64,000 nucleotides of DNA from the IMG/VR virus record IMGVR_UViG_3300032236_001727, positions 1 through 64,000 of that record; one strand, 5' to 3'. Under the pieces are notes generated by a model. That model was not told where the DNA came from. It saw only the letters and a list, made by a program, of their open reading frames with translations, and made no database searches. Of the stretch, positions 7,592-16,975 are shown one piece after another. Source of the stretch: a virus. The translations under genes and the position numbers were made by a program. Numbering within the stretch: the stretch's first letter is position 1; every line of letters begins with the position of its first letter.

Positions 7592-8125
7592 TCATTTGGT
7601 TTTAGCTAAGTCTTTCAAATAGTTTTTATCCTCAGCATATAGATTACAATACTTCTTCCAGTATGAATTCATAAAATGTGTATAACACAGTATACAATCT
7701 TTACGAGTTTTATATACTGAATGGTTGTTTTTGAATCCAATACATAATTTGCAATAGCATTTGAGACCAAATAGGTTATTATTTTCTAACAATATTTTAC
7801 TTTTTCCAAATGCTGTTTCTTTATGGTATTGTTTCAACGCTACTATAGGAAATTCACAAGAATCTAATTCAAGTTGATGTAATATTGCAGAATCTGATAA
7901 TTCTATATCTACACATGAATCTTTATTATTTGCTTGATATTTGTATTTGTTGAAATGTTCTTTATTACCTACAACTGAGTAGCTTATGAAGAAAGCTATT
8001 AGTATTAAAGCATATATTATTTTGAAATTATTGGTAGATTTTGCAGGTAATAAACAAAAACTACATCTCTTATTTCCAAGATAATCCTTGTTTATCTTAG
8101 AAGAACAGCATTTACTTATTCCCAT
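7592..8125 (-). CDS. Membrane-anchored glucosaminidase (GH73-like) peptidoglycan hydrolase
   Basis: TM segment, then ETxxGxS...NNLFGLK...YAED.NY. Confidence 0.7.
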   Translation of the reverse strand: MGISKCCSSKINKDYLGNKRCSFCLLPAKSTNNFKIIYALILIAFFISYSVVGNKEHFNKYKYQANNKDSCVDIELSDSAILHQLELDSCEFPIVALKQYHKETAFGKSKILLENNNLFGLKCYCKLCIGFKNNHSVYKTRKDCILCYTHFMNSYWKKYCNLYAEDKNYLKDLAKTK

Positions 8126-8319
8126 AACCTTTATTTTGTTTTTTTAGCTTATTGTTACTGACTTATAGTTTTGACCTTCCAAATCTTTCATCAGTTTTAC
8201 TGCTTGAGATTGGTTGTAGGCACCCCACACTCTGATTACTCTTTTTGTTCCATCCTGGTTAAAACCAGTGATTGTGCTTTTGATTTGATTGTCTTTCATT
8301 TTTATTGTTTTTTATTATG

Positions 8320-8355
8320 ATGTAAAGATACGAAGGATAATTTAGAAAGCCAAAT
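8320..8355 (-). promoter_or_regulatory. Early promoter repeat
   Basis: TTTGGC-N-TTCGTATCTTTACAT. Confidence 0.8.
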
Positions 8356-8359
8356 TTTA

Positions 8360-8599
8360 TCACCTGTTTTTATAGTCTTTTCTTTGAAATAGGATTAAAA
8401 ATGCTTTTAAAGAAGGTTTGTAATTCGATAAAAATTCTAAACAATGTCCAATTATGTAAGTGAAAACTAAAATCCAACTCCATAATATTACAAAAACATT
8501 TGATTTAAAATGATTACCCATTTTATCATTCTCCCAAGCTGTTATCAAATAAGCCAAAAATACCCCTAAAAGGTATATAATTATTATACTGATTATCAT
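8360..8599 (-). CDS. Small membrane protein
   Basis: Two hydrophobic segments. Confidence 0.6.
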   Translation of the reverse strand: MIISIIIIYLLGVFLAYLITAWENDKMGNHFKSNVFVILWSWILVFTYIIGHCLEFLSNYKPSLKAFLILFQRKDYKNR

Positions 8600-8629
8600 G
8601 TTTTAAAATTTGTTTATTTTTTGTAAATC

Positions 8630-9220
8630 TTAAAATTTCCACTCCTGACCTACTAAACAATTGTTCTTAAATCTAAGACCATGAAGCGGACAAGTTATTA
8701 TTCCATCTTTATCAGGCGTTTCTTGAGAAAGATCGTAGCCTTTATGAGGACATTTATTATTTTTTACATAAGGTTCAGATAGTTTATCTGTGTAAACTGT
8801 GCCTGCTATTCCATGTTGTTTAGTCCTAAGACATTTAAAAGCATGATACTCAATTTTATAGTCTTTTGAAACATCGTCTTTAAGATCATAACGTATACTT
8901 GGAGCATAAATATGACCCATAGGACCTAAAATAGGATGAACATGCATATTGCTTTTTGGCTTTTTTAAAGCTATAAACCTAAAATCTATGTGGTAATGGT
9001 AATAATCCTGACCATGTTCTTTATCATGATGCAAATGATTTATAATAGGATACACCACTAACTTTGGTTGTCTTGGTACATAATACCTTTTAAGCTCTTG
9101 TTCTTTGTCTAATTCCCACTCTACATCATAGCCTTGACCTTCTTGTAGTATACAAGGCACTAAGTAATAATATCCTACTATAGGCGATTCTTTAAGTTCA
9201 TCAATTTTTTGAAGTGACAT
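8630..9220 (-). CDS. Protein with C-terminal Rieske-type [2Fe-2S] motif
   Basis: CPHKG...CPLHG (CxH...CxxH); His-rich N-terminal region. Confidence 0.7.
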   Translation of the reverse strand: MSLQKIDELKESPIVGYYYLVPCILQEGQGYDVEWELDKEQELKRYYVPRQPKLVVYPIINHLHHDKEHGQDYYHYHIDFRFIALKKPKSNMHVHPILGPMGHIYAPSIRYDLKDDVSKDYKIEYHAFKCLRTKQHGIAGTVYTDKLSEPYVKNNKCPHKGYDLSQETPDKDGIITCPLHGLRFKNNCLVGQEWKF

Positions 9221-9230
9221 GTATTATAAT

Positions 9231-9506
9231 TTATTTTAGTTTCATTATACGTAATGTATCGCCTACGTTGAAATCAGAGTCTGAATAAAATTCTATAGTA
9301 CAAGTCCTTCTATCAGGACTATAACTTTCTATTATATAGAAAAACTTACTATAATTGTCATTTTGAAGTTCTTTTCTAACAATTATAGGATAAGACCTTC
9401 CACAAATTACTGATGGAGTTAATTTACAGGAACTTAACAATATTCCTGTTATAGCTATTAATATTAGTTTTTTCATATTTTTATTTTTGCTCCTGGTTAC
9501 TTTCAA
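9231..9506 (-). CDS. Putative lipoprotein; start probably MKKLIL
   Basis: Signal peptide with lipobox LSSC. Confidence 0.65.
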   Translation of the reverse strand: MKVTRSKNKNMKKLILIAITGILLSSCKLTPSVICGRSYPIIVRKELQNDNYSKFFYIIESYSPDRRTCTIEFYSDSDFNVGDTLRIMKLK

Positions 9507-9984
9507 TTAAAGCCCCACTCTCCCACATATCCTCAGTAGCCCACCATGCTATGCCGATGGAGGTGAGGTAGTGGATGATAGGAAATTGCCTAACAATTAG
9601 TTTCTGACCATTGCATGAAAATTCTATGCCCCTTTCCTCTACGGTCATGCCATAGGTAACATCTAATTCATCCCACCTAACTTGCAATCCTACCCCTTCA
9701 TCTTTGTTCTGCTTGAAATAGATTACCCTCATATCTCCTTGCATGTTGTGATATATTTGAACATGAATCATCTCAAATATTTTGAGCATCTCCTCCTCCG
9801 TCAAGCTCTCGATCTTTCGCATGTGGGGGATGATTTCAAAATCGTCTGAATCGCATAGGTCAAGTGTAAGACCTGATACGATAATTGTATCGCCTACTTT
9901 TGCAAATCCTGAGTGATTAGGTGCTTTCTTTACTGTTGCCTCTTTGTCTTTGCAATAAGGCAGGTATTGTTTGATGTCGGTCAT
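9481..9984 (-). CDS. Hypothetical phage protein
   Basis: 167-aa ORF. Confidence 0.65.
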   Translation of the reverse strand: MTDIKQYLPYCKDKEATVKKAPNHSGFAKVGDTIIVSGLTLDLCDSDDFEIIPHMRKIESLTEEEMLKIFEMIHVQIYHNMQGDMRVIYFKQNKDEGVGLQVRWDELDVTYGMTVEERGIEFSCNGQKLIVRQFPIIHYLTSIGIAWWATEDMWESGALIESNQEQK

Positions 9985-10127
9985 GGCTTAATATTTTTGG
10001 CGATTGATTTAAAACAGTTTTCGCAGTACTTTACAGAGCAAAAGTTATTATCCTCACATGGAGTTTGCGCTATCTTCCATTTATGGAATCCTAGAAAGCA
10101 TTTTAGTTTTGTCATGGCTTGGTGGTT

Positions 10128-10322
10128 TTAGAGGTTAAATAATTTTTCTGCTAACTCAATAGTTTCTTGCCACCAATTTTTCATTGATACTGTAAAACTT
10201 TTTGAGAAATACCATAGAATAGGCATCTTAATAATTAATGTATTCACTGCAAATACTACTACAACCAATGATGCCATAATGTAAGTAGGTAGAAACGGAA
10301 TTTTTAATAATAGATTCTTCAT
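10128..10322 (-). CDS. Small membrane protein
   Basis: Hydrophobic 64-aa ORF. Confidence 0.55.
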   Translation of the reverse strand: MKNLLLKIPFLPTYIMASLVVVVFAVNTLIIKMPILWYFSKSFTVSMKNWWQETIELAEKLFNL

Positions 10323-10462
10323 TTCATACAGGATATACCGTTGCCTGCGCGGGTTTGTTAGTTAAAAAATTACTGACATATTGCATTTTGTACAATACCA
10401 CTGACCTTGCAACCATATAAGTTCGGTTGTGCAGTGATGCCACATTCTGATTTGATATTGTT

Positions 10463-10795
10463 TCATCCTTTCTTATTTATCTCATTAAACCATACGATTG
10501 CTGAGTGTAGGGCGGTGAAGGCTTCCAGTATTGTGCCGTTTGCAATCAAATAACCTATGTTTTGCTTAATTACCCAAAACTCTTTACCCAATCCCTTCAT
10601 ATCCCTAAACTTCTCCCATACAGGATGGAGCAAACGCCAGTCTTCGTAAATTGGATACTTTGCCAATATTTCGTATTCAAAAATTAATGAACCTTCACTA
10701 TTCTCATAGTAAAATACCCCATTAGCAAATTTCAGTTCCCATCCATCAAACACCATTACTGTGATAATTGCCTGTTGTAGTTCTTCGTTAGTCAT
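10463..10795 (-). CDS. Hypothetical phage protein
   Basis: 110-aa ORF coupled to neighbours. Confidence 0.7.
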   Translation of the reverse strand: MTNEELQQAIITVMVFDGWELKFANGVFYYENSEGSLIFEYEILAKYPIYEDWRLLHPVWEKFRDMKGLGKEFWVIKQNIGYLIANGTILEAFTALHSAIVWFNEINKKG

Positions 10796-10985
10796 TGTTT
10801 TCTTTTAAAAGTTTTCTCAAAATATAAATGCAGTGAGCATGGTCATAAGCAAATGAATCTTGAATTTCAGATGAATCCCCATCTACTAATTTTTGATACA
10901 TCTCTAAATAATCAGATTCAGTTTCTGCGTGATTTGAAAGAAGTTCTATAACCTCCTCAATTACTAATTTTTGTTCGTTAGTCAT
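10788..10985 (-). CDS. Hypothetical protein
   Basis: 65-aa ORF with overlapping stop/start. Confidence 0.65.
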   Translation of the reverse strand: MTNEQKLVIEEVIELLSNHAETESDYLEMYQKLVDGDSSEIQDSFAYDHAHCIYILRKLLKENND

Positions 10986-11317
10986 CCTTTCTTATTTTTC
11001 AGATAATCAATAGCAACAGATAGACCTGCTGTGTAGGCGGCAAGACGGGTGGGGTAGGTCTTAAACATTTCATCCATATCAATACGATTCCTCCCGTCTA
11101 TAATTTCTATCAGCCATCCATCAATAAGTGTATTTACGTAAGGCACCACATACACCCCCTTACTATCCAGCCACTCAATAGCCTCGTAGACTGTGGGGGC
11201 GGAGATAGCTTCAATAATCCTATGTGTAATTTTTAAATTGTAAAACTTATTTGTCGGCACATCATACCCTATACCTTTCAGGGCTATGGCTATTTCTTTG
11301 GTTACTCTTTCTTTCAT
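10982..11317 (-). CDS. Hypothetical phage protein, paralog of 16251..16667
   Basis: A.ALK.IGY...SAPT..EAI.WL pattern. Confidence 0.7.
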   Translation of the reverse strand: MKERVTKEIAIALKGIGYDVPTNKFYNLKITHRIIEAISAPTVYEAIEWLDSKGVYVVPYVNTLIDGWLIEIIDGRNRIDMDEMFKTYPTRLAAYTAGLSVAIDYLKNKKG

Positions 11318-11580
11318 TGGTTTAGTTTATAATTTTCACAAAAAAATTTGAATAGATAGGTATTATACAGTGGGCTTTGAGTTATGTCATAATTAGTTTC
11401 TTGAACATAAATATCCTCTAGGTCTTTTACGATGTTACCTATTTGATACATATCGTCATCTTTACCTATAAGCTGAGTATCTATACACAAATAATTATAC
11501 CCATTTTCGCTTTTTTCTAAACAGACTAAAAATGCTAATTGCATATGACCTAATCCCGCATCAGTTTGATATATTTTCAT
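11314..11580 (-). CDS. Hypothetical protein
   Basis: 88-aa ORF, ATGA overlap. Confidence 0.6.
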   Translation of the reverse strand: MKIYQTDAGLGHMQLAFLVCLEKSENGYNYLCIDTQLIGKDDDMYQIGNIVKDLEDIYVQETNYDITQSPLYNTYLFKFFCENYKLNQ

Positions 11581-11978
11581 TCTCCAATTTTGTATTTTGA
11601 TGAAATGAGGGCGCAGATAGCAAATGTATTGTCAGGTGTTTGATTTCCGAAATCATCAGCATATTCCAGTTGACCGTTTTCATATACTATCAAATCATAA
11701 TCTTCCATTACAATTTTTACAGAATTTCCATTAATTGACACTGCAAATACTTCCTTATTCTTTGGATTGCACAATCTCGCAATTTCCTCGCACATCTCTT
11801 TATCTTCTGCCAGTTCTCGGAGAGGACGAAGTTCTTTTGCGTTATTAGCTAAAGCAGTTTGATAGCCTTTTATAAATCCTATTCTTTTTGAATTATTTGC
11901 GACCATATCAACCGCATATTCACTTCTTATGTCAGGATATTCATTCAATGCTATTTGGTATATTTCAGATTCTTTCAT
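11577..11978 (-). CDS. Hypothetical protein
   Basis: 133-aa ORF. Confidence 0.65.
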   Translation of the reverse strand: MKESEIYQIALNEYPDIRSEYAVDMVANNSKRIGFIKGYQTALANNAKELRPLRELAEDKEMCEEIARLCNPKNKEVFAVSINGNSVKIVMEDYDLIVYENGQLEYADDFGNQTPDNTFAICALISSKYKIGE

Positions 11979-11981
11979 TTC

Positions 11982-12374
11982 TTATTTATTTTTTGTTTTT
12001 GGTAATGAGGGCAGAGGTTGCCAGTGGGTGACGCCAAATATTTGTTGACCGTTTGCATACCATCTTGAATCCTTTAGCAATGAGCCAATAAACATAGGTT
12101 GATAATATAGTAATCCTGCTTTAGTATCTTGATTTGTAACAACTATAACATCGTCTTCAATCTCAGGCAATCTCTCTTCTACACTTATCCACCCACTATT
12201 TAGGGTTGAGCCGTCACCATTCTGAGCATTGATTAGGGTGCAAAGGGCTTTGCAGATTTCTATTGCACTGGGATGGGTAAAATCAACAACTAATGCTGTT
12301 CTACCTTCTGCATCCATGATGATATTTCGCTCTGAGAACACGGGCACTGTTATTAGGTTTTTTAATTCTTTCAT
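11982..12374 (-). CDS. DUF551-domain protein
   Basis: WISVEERLPE...VTHWQPLPSLP. Confidence 0.85.
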   Translation of the reverse strand: MKELKNLITVPVFSERNIIMDAEGRTALVVDFTHPSAIEICKALCTLINAQNGDGSTLNSGWISVEERLPEIEDDVIVVTNQDTKAGLLYYQPMFIGSLLKDSRWYANGQQIFGVTHWQPLPSLPKTKNK

Positions 12375-12383
12375 GTTTATGGT

Positions 12384-12593
12384 TTAATTTATTTTAGGAA
12401 TATAAAAATACTCTATAACTTTATTGTTATAAGCCCATCCTGTACCGTTGAATGTTTCAGTATGAGTGTTGCCGTCTTTTCTGACTATTAAATATCTGCC
12501 TGAGCTAATATATTGTTTCTGTTCAGGTGTGTCAAGATATTTTATTGGGGTTAATATTGGAGGTGTCATTGTTTTTATTTTTATCCTTCCCAA
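12384..12593 (-). CDS. Hypothetical protein
   Basis: GRYLIVRKDG...FNGTGW. Confidence 0.6.
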   Translation of the reverse strand: MGRIKIKTMTPPILTPIKYLDTPEQKQYISSGRYLIVRKDGNTHTETFNGTGWAYNNKVIEYFYIPKIN

Positions 12594-12892
12594 ATATTAG
12601 GGTTTTTACCAACTGTATACTTTCCTATTCTCCAAATGGCGCACAAATAGTTTTTGTAATGTCTTCGTTCTGCATCCCATGTATATTTATTTACAATGGT
12701 TTCACTAAAGTCCTCATGAACTCCAATAGTAAAATTCAAACTAAAATTCCACATAATGTTTACAATAGCCATTATAATCAAAATAATTGTACACATCAAT
12801 GTCAGATATGTATTAAGTATAAATTCTAAAATTGGTATTACTATGTATTTCATGTTTTTATTTTTAATAATTAATTTTTTTAGGTCTTCCAC
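12581..12892 (-). CDS. Membrane protein; start probably MKYIV near 12853
   Basis: Long hydrophobic segment. Confidence 0.55.
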   Translation of the reverse strand: MEDLKKLIIKNKNMKYIVIPILEFILNTYLTLMCTIILIIMAIVNIMWNFSLNFTIGVHEDFSETIVNKYTWDAERRHYKNYLCAIWRIGKYTVGKNPNIWEG

Positions 12893-13262
12893 GTCTCAAT
12901 ACTTCACCACTATTTATTCTCATTTCACGTTCAATTTTTTTCAATTGACTTGGTGAGTTGGGGTTTGATGGGCGTCCTCTACGTTTAGCAGGATTTGTTT
13001 CTTGTTCTATATTATCACCACTATTAACAGTAGTAGGAGTTGAATATTTTCTTTTAGCTACTATTTTTTCAAATTTTATTTTATATTTTTTGTTATAGGT
13101 TTGAATAAACTTTTCCCCAACCCCCATATCTAATATTTCTGCATTTTCAGATATTCCTGATAAGTTGGTTTTAGGGTTCAATACTTCATCTATCTCACGA
13201 TAGAATGTTTTCATTTTTATTTTATTTTTATTCTTATAAACTATAACAATCGTATTTTTCAT
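12864..13262 (-). CDS. AT-hook-containing DNA-binding protein; start probably MKTFY near 13214
   Basis: KRRGRP and RRGRPKK motifs; directly downstream of a promoter repeat. Confidence 0.65.
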   Translation of the reverse strand: MKNTIVIVYKNKNKIKMKTFYREIDEVLNPKTNLSGISENAEILDMGVGEKFIQTYNKKYKIKFEKIVAKRKYSTPTTVNSGDNIEQETNPAKRRGRPSNPNSPSQLKKIEREMRINSGEVLRRGRPKKINY

Positions 13263-13263
13263 G

Positions 13264-13299
13264 ATATAAAGATACGAAAGAAAATTCTAAAAGCCAAAT
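13264..13299 (-). promoter_or_regulatory. Early promoter repeat
   Basis: Core identical over 37 nt to the copy near 28850. Confidence 0.8.
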
Positions 13300-13395
13300 T
13301 TTTTATCCAAAATATTATTTTAGGAAAATCATAATAATTTATAAACATTATGATTGAAGGATGATTATCAGGACATAACCCCAAAACATGCAACA

Positions 13396-13974
13396 TTAAT
13401 CCCACCATAATTCAATATTATTTTCTAGTATTTTAAACAATAATTTTTTAGCTTTATTGTGGTTTATGTGTGATATATTTAAAGCTATTCCTAAACCCCT
13501 ATCATTTTCAAATATTAGTTTATCTTTTGTGGATAAAACATAATTATATGTTTTAAAATATTTTTTATAATAAGAATCAATATCATCTTTGATTAATTCT
13601 TCAACCATTTCTTTATATCCTAGATGATTGATTGAGTCAACAAAGGATATATCGGTATTATAATAATCCATATATTCTGTTATGTAATGTTGGTCCTGTA
13701 TTTTTTCTATTAATCTTACACAAGTCATCATTATTTCAACGTCACGCTTAGCACTTTCATGTCTGTTGTGTTTTCCAATATAATTGGCTTGATTCTTTAG
13801 TTTGAACTTTAATATTTCCCATATATAATGATCATCCCAATCTCTATCATTGAATATAACTTTAAACCATTTAATTAGGTTTTTAATTCCTTTAATTAGG
13901 TTTGAAGGATAGTATTGGGCTTCAAATTTCCACCATAGTTTTATTCTACGAAATAAGCTTATTTCAGTTGTCAT
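13396..13974 (-). CDS. Conserved hypothetical phage protein
   Basis: WFKVIFNDRDWD...ILENNIELWWD. Confidence 0.75.
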   Translation of the reverse strand: MTTEISLFRRIKLWWKFEAQYYPSNLIKGIKNLIKWFKVIFNDRDWDDHYIWEILKFKLKNQANYIGKHNRHESAKRDVEIMMTCVRLIEKIQDQHYITEYMDYYNTDISFVDSINHLGYKEMVEELIKDDIDSYYKKYFKTYNYVLSTKDKLIFENDRGLGIALNISHINHNKAKKLLFKILENNIELWWD

Positions 13975-14077
13975 ATTAAAATGAGTATTATTAGTGATAT
14001 AATTAATGTTATGATTGATACTGTTATAATGATTTTTAGTTTTTTAAAACTATTATTTATATTAGGAAACATTTTCT

Positions 14078-14530
14078 TTAGTTTTCTTTGATTGTAATGT
14101 TATGTTCTTTTCTGTACTCAACTTCTTTTTCAAGCAGGCTTATTTCTATAGCTACTGGAGATCCTCCCTTAGGACGTAATACACTCATATCCTGCTGGCG
14201 GTCTTTCAAATATCTTATAGTATTAGCTACGCATTCATCAGACATGTTTTCATAAGTAGTTGTTCTAAAAATACCATAGTCTTTAGAATTAGGCTTACCA
14301 TAACCGGCTCTTGAAGCAAACTGCCTTACTTTTTCAAAAGGCTCGTCTGAATAGACACATAAGTCTACCTCATCACCATTGTTAGATCTTCTATGATATG
14401 ACAGTCCTCCGTCTATCATGTACTCTTTTCCATTAGCATCTTGATAGACATTGTAATCATGTCTGCTCCAGCTTTCAAGAACTTTCCCATCAGGCGTTCT
14501 TATAGCATTGTAAACTAATTTTCTTTCCAT
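14078..14530 (-). CDS. Conserved hypothetical phage protein
   Basis: NAIRTPDG..LES..RHDY...IDGG..Y.RR motif. Confidence 0.75.
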   Translation of the reverse strand: MERKLVYNAIRTPDGKVLESWSRHDYNVYQDANGKEYMIDGGLSYHRRSNNGDEVDLCVYSDEPFEKVRQFASRAGYGKPNSKDYGIFRTTTYENMSDECVANTIRYLKDRQQDMSVLRPKGGSPVAIEISLLEKEVEYRKEHNITIKEN

Positions 14531-14569
14531 ATTTAATTATATTTCAGTATTTAAAAGCTTTTTTTAAAT

Positions 14570-15085
14570 TTATTTTAATTTAAAACCTTGTGATTTTAAA
14601 TAAAGAAGAGCTTCAGCATTACCTTTAGCATCATCTACAGGATTGTGTGTATGCCTAGTGACTCTATGTTGTTTCCAATTATAATATAAATCATTCTTGA
14701 ATCCACAAAATAAATCACCTATTCTTCTGCTACTCCAACCAAATGGATTTGTTCCTGTGTATTTCAAAAAATACCAATTGATCCAAGAAGCATCATAACC
14801 GTTATTATCTGAAATTAGTACAGGTTTTCCTTTTGAGTTATCACTAATCCATTTAGCGAAATTTTCAAACACAACTTTTGGGTCGTTAAAAGTTTCGTGT
14901 TCTGCTCTTGAAAATCCACTTATAGCTAAAGCATCTGGGTCGTATATAGTAGAAATTGGCTTAGTTTGTCCGTAAAAGGTTTTATCTAATTTGTCATCTA
15001 CTATTACTGCGCCTAAACAAACCATACTGTTTACACCTAATAAATTTCCATCACTTTCTACATCTACTACTATTAATTGCGCCAT
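14570..15085 (-). CDS. DEDDh 3'-5' exonuclease (RNase AS/Rv2179c-like)
   Basis: DVE, N..YD and HNPVDDA motifs. Confidence 0.8.
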   Translation of the reverse strand: MAQLIVVDVESDGNLLGVNSMVCLGAVIVDDKLDKTFYGQTKPISTIYDPDALAISGFSRAEHETFNDPKVVFENFAKWISDNSKGKPVLISDNNGYDASWINWYFLKYTGTNPFGWSSRRIGDLFCGFKNDLYYNWKQHRVTRHTHNPVDDAKGNAEALLYLKSQGFKLK

Positions 15086-15151
15086 TTGTATTTATTTGTT
15101 TATATTGTAATTATAATAACTTTTTTTCAGTATTCAAAAGGTTTTAACAAA

Positions 15152-16249
15152 TTATTTTTCATTAGATAAAAAGATGTTACTAATTGCTTTGAAGCTAATA
15201 CTTGTATCAATTGATCTAACTACTAATCCTTCTCTGTCAGTGTTTGGATTCAGGAAAGATTTACCATCTGCTAATTTCAGTATTTCTTCTATTGTATTTG
15301 GAAAAATAAACGGTGTTAGTATTGGAACAGTATCTAAGCCGAGAGATGTGATAAAAGTAACAAAATCATCAAAAGATAATCTTTTCTGTGTATCAATATC
15401 AAATACATTGTAAAATTTTACAGTGTGTCCTTTAATCTTATAAGGATTACCTTGTATGCCTTCGCCAATTAATTCTCCTTGTAAACAAATGTTGCGATTA
15501 GTTGCTAACAATTTGTCTTTCAATTGCATCTCACGAGCAACTTTCCAGAAAGTATTTTCTTGTTTAGGTCTTTCGATACCATCTTCGCAAGTAACCATTC
15601 CCGGAACAAATTCTCCCGAATCTTTAAGTTCTAAATTTCTAGAGCATACACCAAACTCACCATTTCTTACATAAAATGTTGCAGATGATCCATCTAATTT
15701 TTCTGTTGCATAAAATGTAGTATTAGACTTTACCCATTCTGGATATTTGTTTGCTAAATTTTGCACTCGTTCTTCATCAGTTTTTTGTAAAAATGAAGGA
15801 AATAATCCTTTAACTTTACCGGCTAATTCAGCTGGTATCGGTGGTTCGTATTTTACAATCCCCAAATATTCAGTAACATCTACACCTTCAACCCATTCTT
15901 CAGAGTCAATTAAAGGATCTTTTTTGCGTATGTATAAAGAGTTAGCATCTGTTAGCGGAATAATAAGTCCTTGTGATATCTGACCTCTCAGTCTTATTGT
16001 CTTCAAACGAAATCCTTCAGTACCATCAACTAATTTCTTGTAGCTACTTTTACGCAGAAACTCAAACTCAGGTTCAATTGGTAGGAAAGAATCTATTTCG
16101 CAATAAACAACTAAGTCACCTATTTTATGGTTTACGTCTTTTGCTACTACAACTTTCCAACCATCTATGTGTGCTAATTCGATTTTATCTGCACCTTCAA
16201 TTGGTGTTAAATTGCTGATCTTTCTTATTGTTGCTAATTTTCTTTCCAT
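15152..16249 (-). CDS. ATP-dependent RNA ligase (Rnl2/DRB0094 family)
   Basis: N-terminal OB-like PIEGADKIE; TEKLDGSS, SRN, GELIGEGIQGN, REGLV and FKAIS motifs. Confidence 0.9.
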   Translation of the reverse strand: MERKLATIRKISNLTPIEGADKIELAHIDGWKVVVAKDVNHKIGDLVVYCEIDSFLPIEPEFEFLRKSSYKKLVDGTEGFRLKTIRLRGQISQGLIIPLTDANSLYIRKKDPLIDSEEWVEGVDVTEYLGIVKYEPPIPAELAGKVKGLFPSFLQKTDEERVQNLANKYPEWVKSNTTFYATEKLDGSSATFYVRNGEFGVCSRNLELKDSGEFVPGMVTCEDGIERPKQENTFWKVAREMQLKDKLLATNRNICLQGELIGEGIQGNPYKIKGHTVKFYNVFDIDTQKRLSFDDFVTFITSLGLDTVPILTPFIFPNTIEEILKLADGKSFLNPNTDREGLVVRSIDTSISFKAISNIFLSNEK

Positions 16250-16250
16250 A

Positions 16251-16667
16251 TTATTTTTGTTTTGCTATTTCAATTAATTTTCTCAGACACGCTAGTTCGG
16301 CTTGCTCATAGGTATCACATTGACCACTGCCGTCTTTAGGTATAGACGGATTTAATTCATCTTTACATATATACCAACCATATTTTTTTAAATTCCCACC
16401 ATTTTTATTAGAAGCTTCGATAGCTCCTTGTGGGTATCTACTTATTGCATAGTGGGCGTTATGTTTCTCTCTAAACCATTTGAAAGCCTGTGAGTATAGT
16501 GGAGCTGATATAAACTCTTGAGTTTCGTGACTTCTAAAGGTATGTGTAAAGAAAAACATTTCTTTAGTTTCTAACTCACCATTTAAGTAAGTAGTTAAAC
16601 ACTCTTCATTAAAGCCTAAGTCTCTTAAAGCTTTTGCTTCTTCGTATGGTACAAATAGTTTTTCCAT
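16251..16667 (-). CDS. Hypothetical phage protein
   Basis: FVPYEEAKALRDLGF...SAPLYSQAFKWFREKH...TYEQAELACL. Confidence 0.75.
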   Translation of the reverse strand: MEKLFVPYEEAKALRDLGFNEECLTTYLNGELETKEMFFFTHTFRSHETQEFISAPLYSQAFKWFREKHNAHYAISRYPQGAIEASNKNGGNLKKYGWYICKDELNPSIPKDGSGQCDTYEQAELACLRKLIEIAKQK

Positions 16668-16702
16668 GTTATTTTTGCTTTACGTATTTTTGTAGTGTTT
16701 CA

Positions 16703-16975
16703 TTAACCTTTTTCCTTATTTCCAGTTCTTTTGGTTTTAAGTACTTTACAATTTTTATCAAACCATTCTTTTGCAGTAGGTCGATTGCTATTATAACCAA
16801 CCCCAGACTCTTTAAATAAAGCATCACACCCACTTTTGCTAAAACCTATAAAAGTATATGTACTACCATGAAGTAATACTTTAGTTTCTATAAAATTTTC
16901 AATTTTTTTCATGCTATCCATTACTAAATTTTTTAGTATTTTTTTCTCTAATGAAGTTAAAGATTTTTTCTTCAA
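16703..16975 (-). CDS. Hypothetical protein
   Basis: ORF on coding strand; start uncertain. Confidence 0.5.
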   Translation of the reverse strand: MKKKSLTSLEKKILKNLVMDSMKKIENFIETKVLLHGSTYTFIGFSKSGCDALFKESGVGYNSNRPTAKEWFDKNCKVLKTKRTGNKEKG

